Source: Parcubacteria group bacterium (GTDB taxonomy: Bacteria; Patescibacteriota; Minisyncoccia; Phycocordibacterales; UBA2100). From it: DNA of 50,196 bases. Positions 1 through 6,580 of this stretch are shown here, piece after piece. The notes beneath the pieces are model-generated. The model did no database searches. It saw nothing but the letters and a program-made list of their open reading frames with translations, and had not been told where the DNA came from. The translations under genes and the position numbers were made by a program. Within the stretch, counting starts at the first letter, position 1; every line of letters starts with the position of its first letter. The stretch covers positions 1 to 50,196 of the forward strand of contig CALRGX010000008.1 in assembly GCA_943358385.1 (NCBI GenBank). The letters are read 5' to 3'.

Positions 1-791
1 GCATACTGCCAAATTTTCTGCTCCAGCTGCAGGCGCATCTCAGCCTCCGAGAGTTGCCCTTGAAGAAGTCGTGCAATGTATCGATATTCAAGCCCTAGGG
101 ACTCCATACGTTCGTAGGAGAGACCTTCGGCATGCAGATGGAGTACTTCATCAACCATGCCGTTTGCGAGCCGCTCATTGAGGCGTTTTTGTATTTTTTC
201 TCTCAATACTTTCATATCTGGTTTTAGCCCGAGCCAGTGGACGCTATGAGAAAATGGCGACATGTCTTTTGTTGTTGCAGGAGGTGCCGCGGCAATCTCG
301 AGTGCGCGAATGAGACGCACTTTGTTGCGGCGTTCACTGTTATTCATGCCTTCTGCGCGCCGAGGATCTTGCATTTCCAACATCTCAAATAATTCGCCTA
401 CAGATTGTCCTGCAAGTGTGTCGCGCAGTGCTGCATTTTTTTCCACAGACGCTGGCTGCACGAGACCAAACAGTGTGTCGATATAGAATCCAGTGCCGCC
501 AACCACCAGTGGCGTTTTCCCACGACGCACTATATCGTCCATCGTTGCCCGGGCATCCTGCGCAAAATCGTGCGCTGTGTAGGTCGCCTGTGGCTCCACT
601 ATATCTAAAAGGTGATGCGGGATTCCGTCCATCTCCTGTGCGGTCACCTTACCAGTCCCTATATCAAGCCCGCGATATACCTGCCGGGAATCGGCGGAGA
701 TGATTTCGCCATTGAGTTTCTTGGCCAACGCAATAGAGAGGGAAGTCTTCCCTGATGCGGTTGGTCCTACGATGGTAATGACGCGTGCCAT
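1..791 (-). CDS. miaA: tRNA dimethylallyltransferase (3' end runs off window)
   Basis: Not in ORF track. Manual translation from ATG 791: MARVITIVGPTASGKT...IISADSRQVYRGLDIGTGK...PHHLLD...VVGGTGFY, the hallmark MiaA motifs. No stop before the window edge. Confidence 0.95.
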   Translation of the reverse strand, partial: MARVITIVGPTASGKTSLSIALAKKLNGEIISADSRQVYRGLDIGTGKVTAQEMDGIPHHLLDIVEPQATYTAHDFAQDARATMDDIVRRGKTPLVVGGTGFYIDTLFGLVQPASVEKNAALRDTLAGQSVGELFEMLEMQDPRRAEGMNNSERRNKVRLIRALEIAAAPPATTKDMSPFSHSVHWLGLKPDMKVLREKIQKRLNERLANGMVDEVLHLHAEGLSYERMESLGLEYRYIARLLQGQLSEAEMRLQLEQKIWQY

Positions 792-810
792 ACCCGCACC
801 CTAAAAGAGA

Positions 811-839
811 ATGCACCGTGCCGCAAGGGCACGGTGCAT
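811..839. terminator. Hairpin downstream of pyrE
   Basis: ATGCACCGTGCC-gcaag-GGCACGGTGCAT, 12-bp perfect stem just after the pyrE stop. Confidence 0.6.
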
Positions 840-850
840 CAACGTCAGCG

Positions 851-1537
851 TTACTGCGCGAGATAGCGCTTAATAGCTTGGGCGTCGTCTTCGGTGATCA
901 TCTTCTGCTCTCGGTACACCGCGAGCATGTCGCTGATTGAAAGGACCGATGCCAGCGGAACATCAGGCTTGGATAATTTGCGGATGCCTGATTTGCTGCG
1001 ATCCAGATAGACGCCAATACCTGCCACTTTGTGTCCTGCATTCAAAAGCGCCTCCGCCGCCATCTCTTTCATTGTCTTTGAGGTGACGAGGTCGTCGATG
1101 AGGAGGACATGCTTGGCTTCCATCGAGCCGTTCGTTGCCGATGAATCGGTATGTACACGAAGGCGGCGCAAACCTTTGCTGTCTTCGGACTTCATAAGCG
1201 AGACGTGAGCAACCGGACTTCTGATGTCGTGCAGGTAGCGTTCGGCAGCTTGAGCGAATGGACGGCCCGCATTTGGGATACCAGCGATGGCGTCAAAACG
1301 TATGTGACGTTTCGCCACTGCTTGCACGATCTCAATCGCGATACCACGCACCAGGTCGTCTGTGAGCGGCCCAGGTTTGGGGTTGCTGTCGGTCCGCAGG
1401 TTCAAATAGAACGGCGAGAGTGGTGCGTGCGGATTCTTGTCGTGCAGGGACAGGCGAAAGCCCTCCTTGGTGTCGACCTTGAACGCGCCTACACGCATGA
1501 GACTCATAACGAGTTGTTGCTGGCACTTGGTGAGCAT
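851..1537 (-). CDS. pyrE: Orotate phosphoribosyltransferase-like type I PRTase (divergent)
   Basis: F.L...SPFYLNLR, IAGIPNAG, VLLIDDLVT, VYLDRS motifs. Adjacent to pyrF. GGAGG SD upstream. Confidence 0.75.
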   Translation of the reverse strand: MLTKCQQQLVMSLMRVGAFKVDTKEGFRLSLHDKNPHAPLSPFYLNLRTDSNPKPGPLTDDLVRGIAIEIVQAVAKRHIRFDAIAGIPNAGRPFAQAAERYLHDIRSPVAHVSLMKSEDSKGLRRLRVHTDSSATNGSMEAKHVLLIDDLVTSKTMKEMAAEALLNAGHKVAGIGVYLDRSKSGIRKLSKPDVPLASVLSISDMLAVYREQKMITEDDAQAIKRYLAQ

Positions 1538-1618
1538 TGGTTTCCTCCAGTTCTGTGCAGTCTGGGCGACACTCTAGCATGCAGAATGGTGCGCTGCATG
1601 TGCAGCCAGAATAGAGTT

Positions 1619-1643
1619 GGGCGGGCACCTTTGGTGCCCGCCC
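1619..1643. terminator. Hairpin downstream of pyrF
   Basis: GGGCGGGCACC-ttt-GGTGCCCGCCC, 11-bp stem between pyrF and pyrE. Confidence 0.6.
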
Positions 1644-1684
1644 TGTATTTCTCTATCTGTCTGTATTCAGTATTTCCGGGAAGG

Positions 1685-2470
1685 CTAGATGTATCTCTGG
1701 GCGAGATATTGCCTAGCCTTCGCCTGCTGCCCTGCTGCAATGTTCTCGGCCACGCGCTCTGCGTTCCCGACCCAATCGTCGCTACCGAAAATATCGCGAC
1801 CACAGACGACGAAATCCGCACCCCCAGCGACAGCATCGCCAGGAGTCATCACTCGTTTCTGGTCATGTGTACTTGCTCCTGGCAAGCGTACGCCAGGAGT
1901 AATCCTCAAGAGCTTCTGGCGTTCGCCGACGTTCATGAGCTGCAGCTCATGTGGGGAACTGACGAGAGCATGCCCACCAGCACGAGCAAATCGCTCAGCA
2001 AAATGTGGCACCGTGTCCTCGACCTTCTCGTTGTAAGTGTCGAAGCATTCTTCATCCGATGTGTCGGTCAATACGGTGACACCGATGACCTGTGCCTTGC
2101 CTGCAAAGCGAACGGCCGCTTTCAGTGATTCCAGTCGTGCGGACGCGTGCACCGTGAATCCCCACACGCCCAAATGAGAGACGCTTTTGGCAAGACCGGC
2201 CATCGTGTTTTCGATGTCGAGCCCTTTGATGTCCCAAAAGATCTTCAGGTGTGGAAAGAAGTGCTGCAGATGCACGCGAAGGGCGTGACCAACGGTGATA
2301 GAGCTGCCCAACTCAATCGGCATATGCATTGCTTCCAAGCCAATCTTGAAGCCGCCCACGTGGGGAACCAACTTCTCGACGGCGTACTTGTCTTCCTTCG
2401 TGAATGAAGGACGATCCCACGCACAGAAAATCCGCTCGTGGGGTTCCAAATTCGCGTAAGCTGCTTTCAT
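1685..2470 (-). CDS. pyrF: Orotidine-5'-phosphate decarboxylase
   Basis: FKIG, DIKGLDIENT (DxKxxDIxxT), TVHAS, VTVLT, TPGVR, DQKR, VCGR motifs. Start set at ATG 2470 behind GGAGG; the longer track ORF overlaps the tRNA. Confidence 0.92.
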   Translation of the reverse strand: MKAAYANLEPHERIFCAWDRPSFTKEDKYAVEKLVPHVGGFKIGLEAMHMPIELGSSITVGHALRVHLQHFFPHLKIFWDIKGLDIENTMAGLAKSVSHLGVWGFTVHASARLESLKAAVRFAGKAQVIGVTVLTDTSDEECFDTYNEKVEDTVPHFAERFARAGGHALVSSPHELQLMNVGERQKLLRITPGVRLPGASTHDQKRVMTPGDAVAGGADFVVCGRDIFGSDDWVGNAERVAENIAAGQQAKARQYLAQRYI

Positions 2471-2567
2471 CAGTACCTCCAAAGAGCCATTGTGGCTGGG
2501 GAGAGCATACCAATCATTTAAGAAAGGTCTAGAATCCAATCGACAAATGCGGTAGAATCGGTGCATT

Positions 2568-2645
2568 GCCAGAATGGCGTAATGATAGAGCCAGGCAGCG
2601 CAGACTCGCAATTGGTCAGGTTGCTTGTCTCGTGGGAGTGAGGTT
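2568..2645 (+). pseudogene. Decayed partial copy of tRNA-Leu (5' end to start of T-loop)
   Basis: GCCAGAATGGCGTAATGATAG matches tRNA GCCGGAGTGGCGTAATGGTAG at 18/21. Later blocks GCGCA-GACTC, TGTCTCGT and GTGAGGTT match the tRNA in order. Confidence 0.6.
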
Positions 2646-2655
2646 GCTGACGAAT

Positions 2656-2736
2656 GCCGGAGTGGCGTAATGGTAGCCGCGCACGACTCAAAATCGTGTC
2701 TCGTAAGGGGTGAGGGTTCAAGTCCCTCCTCCGGCA
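2656..2736 (+). tRNA. tRNA-Leu(CAA)
   Basis: Acceptor GCCGGAG/CTCCGGC+A, anticodon arm CACGA-CTCAAAA-TCGTG, long variable arm, T-arm GAGGG-TTCAAGT-CCCTC. CCA not encoded. Confidence 0.95.
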
Positions 2737-2908
2737 CAGAAAACAGTTGAGCCGAGAGCGTGCCTCTCGGCGATTACTGTTTTTGCCGGGGCGGGACTTG
2801 AAAGGCGGAGCCGGTATACAAGACGAGCGCAGCGAGTGCTTGTCGGCGAGCCAGGGCAGGAACCACTTTCCCGAGCGCGGAGCATGCGAGGGATTAGTGA
2901 GTTGCGCC
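2720..2908 (+). mobile_element. Putative non-autonomous structured insertion at tRNA-Leu T-loop (copy 1)
   Basis: 16-bp direct repeat CCTCCTCCGGCACAGA at 2725-2740 and 2912-2927. Antisense copy of the tRNA 3' end at 2784-2802. Two-hairpin core 2803-2908. Confidence 0.7.
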
Positions 2909-3011
2909 AAGCCTCCTCCGGCACAGAGCCAAGCGATAGGGCGGAGAGAAAAGTGGCTGGTCTCTGTAAACGGGTGGAAAACTGGGCACGGGTGCATGAT
3001 ATACTCGCGCC

Positions 3012-4010
3012 ATGGACAACGATAATCGTTACTATTCCAACTCGATTTTCTGGGTAGAGGTGGAACGCATCAAGCCAAACCCCTACCAGCCGAGAAAGAC
3101 GTTCGATGAATCTAACCTGAATTCACTTGCTGAATCAATCCGCCAATACGGCGTTTTGCAACCATTGGTGGTTACTCGACAGGAAATAGAAATTCCAGGC
3201 GAAGGCATTCGTGTAGACTACGAATTGATTTCTGGTGAGCGACGTTTGCGCGCCGCGCGCATTGCGAAAGTTGCACAGGTCCCTGTCGTCATCCGGTCTC
3301 ATGAAGAGAGTGACAAGATGAAACTTGAGCTCGCTATCATTGAAAACCTCCAGCGTGAAGATTTGAATGCACTGGATCGTGCGAAAGCATTTCGCCAACT
3401 TGTTGAAAGTTTCAATCTCACCCACGCAGAAGTGGGCCGCCGTATGGGAAAGAGTCGCGAGTATGTTTCGAATACCCTGCGCATTCTACTTCTCCCCGAA
3501 GAAATGCAGCAGGCATTGGTAGATGGACGTATTTCTGACGGCCATACGCGCCCGCTCTTGATGCTTGCCGATAAACCGGAAGAGCAACTAGTCTTGTTTA
3601 AGGAAATCGTAGATAAAAAAATGACGGTCCGTGAAGCAGAGGCCGTGTCGCGCCGTGTGGCCGTAGAGCGGGCTCGCAAGCAGAACTTGCCGCCCGAGCT
3701 TCTGAATCTAGAAAAGGAGCTCACTGAAACGCTCGGCACACGGGTGCGCATCGAGCCACGCGAAAAAGGCGGCAAAGTGCTCATCGATTTCTTCTCATCG
3801 GAAGATTTGGCTCATTTGGTAACGGCAATCGCTGCGCGCCAAGCACATGCTGCCGATATGCCCAATTACTTGCCGCCACCGTCCGATACTCCCGTTTTGG
3901 ATAGCATGGTTGCTAACGATGCACCGCTTACTATAGAAGAAGTCGTCACCGACACGCTGACCCCAAAGGAAGAGGAAGATCTCTACTCAATGAAAAATTT
4001 CAGCGTTTGA
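3012..4010 (+). CDS. parB: ParB/Spo0J chromosome partitioning protein
   Basis: PNPYQPRKTF, GVLQPLVV, ISGERRLRA, IENLQREDL, HTH GKSREYVSNTLR. Confidence 0.95.
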   Translation: MDNDNRYYSNSIFWVEVERIKPNPYQPRKTFDESNLNSLAESIRQYGVLQPLVVTRQEIEIPGEGIRVDYELISGERRLRAARIAKVAQVPVVIRSHEESDKMKLELAIIENLQREDLNALDRAKAFRQLVESFNLTHAEVGRRMGKSREYVSNTLRILLLPEEMQQALVDGRISDGHTRPLLMLADKPEEQLVLFKEIVDKKMTVREAEAVSRRVAVERARKQNLPPELLNLEKELTETLGTRVRIEPREKGGKVLIDFFSSEDLAHLVTAIAARQAHAADMPNYLPPPSDTPVLDSMVANDAPLTIEEVVTDTLTPKEEEDLYSMKNFSV

Positions 4011-4067
4011 CCTGGCAGGACATACTTTCTATACTCGGCACTGGCATCAGCAAAAGGATTCACTACC

Positions 4068-4355
4068 ATGACACAGACGAGTGCGCATGCAAGCGTGCGC
4101 TGTCCATTTTACGGAGTCGGCCAGACGTGGGGGCTGATCCGCTGGGAGTGCAATCAGTGTGCTTTCAAGAACCTCCATTCGCCATGCGATATGGAAGTTG
4201 CCGGCGAACGTCCCGATTGGGATCGCTGTGTCCGCAAAAGCCAGACATCGCAATCAGAAATAGACGGCCTGATGAAGCAGACGCTCTTGAGTATGATGCC
4301 GCGCGAGCCGGACATACCATTCTCCCAATGGTTCGCGAAAGTTATGAGCCGGTAA
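4068..4355 (+). CDS. Cys-containing hypothetical protein
   Basis: 95 aa. TATACT and AAAGGA upstream, hairpin 4374-4399 downstream. Fills the gap between parB and relA. Confidence 0.6.
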   Translation: MTQTSAHASVRCPFYGVGQTWGLIRWECNQCAFKNLHSPCDMEVAGERPDWDRCVRKSQTSQSEIDGLMKQTLLSMMPREPDIPFSQWFAKVMSR

Positions 4356-4373
4356 TCCCGCCGTGCATCGTCC

Positions 4374-4399
4374 AAGGCGCCTCGCTCTCGAGGCGCCTT
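4374..4399. terminator. Hairpin between convergent genes
   Basis: AAGGCGCCTCG-ctct-CGAGGCGCCTT. Confidence 0.6.
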
Positions 4400-5915
4400 A
4401 CTGTTGCCCCAATGCTGAGCGAATGTGCTTTTTCGCCATGGTGGTCTTCGCAATGTCGAGCCATTTCTTGCTCGGCTTTGCGCTCTCTTTTGTGGTGATT
4501 TCCACGATGTCACCGTTGCGCAGTGCGGTATCCAAGGACACCAACTTACCGTTTACTTTTGCCCCCGCAATATGGTTGCCAATATCTGAGTGCACCGCAT
4601 ACGCAAAATCGATAGGGGTTGCCATCAACGGCAAATCGATAGGGTCACCCTTGGGGGTAAAGACGAATATACGGTGCTCAAAGAAATCGTCTTTAATATT
4701 CTCCAGGTACTCGCTTGAATCAGAATCGTCTTCTTTAAATGCGGCAAGCTGTTGCACCCATTGGGGTACATTTTCGTTTCGCTTGGGGGTGGCTTTCGTT
4801 ATTTGGCCCGCTCGGCGTGGGAGGAATTGGCGAACCCATTCAGCACCCGAGCCACGGCCACCACTTAAGTAGCCGCTCTCCTCTTTGTATGAAAAGTGCG
4901 ATGCAATACCAAACTGTGCCTCTTTGTGCATCGCCTCGGTGCGCACCTGAATCTCAAGTGTGCCGCCATCACCCGTGTACACGGTTGTGTGAATACTTTG
5001 GTAGCCATTTGGTTTTGGGTTTGCAATGTAGTCTTTGATTTTGCCAGGCACAGGGCGCCAGTGTGCGTGAATGATGCCCAGAGTGTTGTAGCAGTCAGCC
5101 ATGCTGGGAACGATGATGCGCAAGGCGAGGATGTCGTGAATCTTGGTGATATCCCAATCTTTGCGCTCCAGTTTCTTGTAGAGACTGTAGGCACCCTTCT
5201 TGCGCGCTTCGGTGTGGAATTGGCGTATGCCCGCGGTAGCCATCTCTTTTTTCAGTGTGCGGTCGGTTTTTTCAAGACGATGCTCACTTTCTGTGTGGCG
5301 TTCCTTTAAATGTTTCTTTACTCGCTCGTATTCTGCAGGGAAGGCAAAAGGGAATACGGCATCTTCCAGCTCTGTTTTTAAAACACTCATACCCAAGCGA
5401 TCGGCAATGGGTGCATATATTTCGAGTGTCTCCATGGCGATGCGCTTTCGCTTATGTGGAGGCACGTGTTCAAGGGTTTGCGCATTGTGTCGACGGTCCA
5501 TCAATTTAATGATGAGTACACGGATATCTTGTGCCGTTGCGGCAAATAATTTGCGCAAACTTTCAGTGTGCCGCTCGAGCCCGCGGTAGCGCAAGGCACC
5601 AAGTTTGGTCACTCCATCAACAAGGCCGAGGATTTCATTACTAAATTCCTTTTCAATCGTTTCAGGAAGTACCCCCACATCTTCGATACTGTCGTGTAAA
5701 AGACCTGCAGCAATCGTGGGCGCATCCATACCCATATGTGCCAACGAGTGGCCCACTTCGGCAAGGTGCAGGAAATAAGGCTCCCCCGAGTAGCGTGTTT
5801 GGGCTTTGTGAGCGTCTCTGGCGAACGTATATGCCTTTTCAACGAGGGCAACGGATGCTGGCTCCTTCGCCTGCATTTCTTTGATAATACTCTCGAGAGA
5901 TTTGACGGATGCCAT
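4398..5915 (-). CDS. relA: RelA/SpoT family (p)ppGpp synthetase/hydrolase (HD + synthetase + TGS, no ACT)
   Basis: RYSGEPY, LLHDSIED, DRRHN, DILALRII, KPNGYQSIHT, EIQVRT, FVFTPKG, DFAYAVHSDIG. Start may be 5915 or 5927. Confidence 0.93.
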   Translation of the reverse strand: MASVKSLESIIKEMQAKEPASVALVEKAYTFARDAHKAQTRYSGEPYFLHLAEVGHSLAHMGMDAPTIAAGLLHDSIEDVGVLPETIEKEFSNEILGLVDGVTKLGALRYRGLERHTESLRKLFAATAQDIRVLIIKLMDRRHNAQTLEHVPPHKRKRIAMETLEIYAPIADRLGMSVLKTELEDAVFPFAFPAEYERVKKHLKERHTESEHRLEKTDRTLKKEMATAGIRQFHTEARKKGAYSLYKKLERKDWDITKIHDILALRIIVPSMADCYNTLGIIHAHWRPVPGKIKDYIANPKPNGYQSIHTTVYTGDGGTLEIQVRTEAMHKEAQFGIASHFSYKEESGYLSGGRGSGAEWVRQFLPRRAGQITKATPKRNENVPQWVQQLAAFKEDDSDSSEYLENIKDDFFEHRIFVFTPKGDPIDLPLMATPIDFAYAVHSDIGNHIAGAKVNGKLVSLDTALRNGDIVEITTKESAKPSKKWLDIAKTTMAKKHIRSALGQQ

Positions 5916-5963
5916 AAGAATATACATACTACGCCCCAGACTGTTTTAGGCAAGGAGGAAAGC

Positions 5964-6227
5964 ATGGAAACCCCATCGAGTCTCTCGATCCAAGATATGA
6001 ATGAAAGCGGTGCCAAGGTGGTCGCACTCATTGCACGGCTGCCCACACCCCCGCACTTTCGAACACAGCGACCATCGCCCGTCGGCATGACGGTCCGCGA
6101 GTATCTGGATCTGCTGAGCGCTGGCGACAAGGCCACGCACGCCTGCGGGTGCGGATGGAAAGGCACTGCCTCAGGAGACGCCGGCGCCTGTCCAGCTTGC
6201 GGCGGGGTAGTCACCCCTCAAACGTAG
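5964..6227 (+). CDS. Small zinc-ribbon hypothetical protein (87 aa)
   Basis: AAGGAGG SD before ATG 5964. C-terminal CGCGW...CPACGG. Palindrome downstream. Confidence 0.65.
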   Translation: METPSSLSIQDMNESGAKVVALIARLPTPPHFRTQRPSPVGMTVREYLDLLSAGDKATHACGCGWKGTASGDAGACPACGGVVTPQT

Positions 6228-6250
6228 CGCTGTCAGAACAGCACCGAACC

Positions 6251-6276
6251 ACAACCACCTGCATGCAGGTGGTTGT
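6251..6276. terminator. Perfect 26-bp palindrome between convergent genes
   Basis: ACAACCACCTGCATGCAGGTGGTTGT. Confidence 0.6.
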
Positions 6277-6379
6277 TACTTTTTGGAGGCTGCTTTTGTA
6301 TTTTTTGTGGCGTCTTCCGTCTTATGCGGATTGTGGTTTGGGCAAGTTTTGTTGCTGCAACGCTCGGGAATTGTTTTTG
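6276..6379 (-). repeat. Displaced second copy of the topA 3' end
   Basis: Encodes KTIPERCSNKTCPNHNPHKTEDATKNTKAASKK*. 34 bp (6346-6379) identical to 6548-6581, then synonymous differences only through ...HKTE. Confidence 0.9.
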
Positions 6380-6580
6380 GTCACCGATAATTTTCTCGTC
6401 GCCACTCGAAAATTTCCGCGACCCCGACTCGCGATTTCGTGTGCTCACGAAATATCGCTCCGTCTCACAAAAACGAGCTGTGCAAGAAGCGAAGGCTTCT
6501 GGCTGCCAGATTACTTTTCAGTCTTATGCGGATTATGATTCGGACAGGTTTTGTTGCTGCAACGCTCGGGAATTGTTTTT
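6379..6580 (-). mobile_element. Putative non-autonomous structured insertion in topA 3' end (copy 2, 202 bp)
   Basis: Direct repeats 202 bp apart. Antisense junction copy at 6466-6474. Core AGACGGAGC...GCGAGTCGGGGTC...GACC matches the architecture of copy 1. Confidence 0.75.

Noticed and set aside
1151-2128. 325-aa + strand ORF
   Set aside because: Antisense shadow of pyrE/pyrF with no motifs. The same applies to most other overlapping track ORFs.
2601-2631. Minus-strand AGACAAGC...GCGAGTC resembling a third copy of the element core
   Set aside because: The matching bases derive from the decayed tRNA copy (GACTC, TGTCT). No antisense junction segment or terminal hairpin.
2471-2737. N-terminal extension of pyrF to 350 aa
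   Set aside because: Runs antisense through tRNA-Leu. The SD supports ATG 2470.
6379-6580. Group I or group II intron interpretation of the inserts
   Set aside because: Too short, no terminal G or P7 core, no GUGYG...AY ends. The genes are already complete without splicing.
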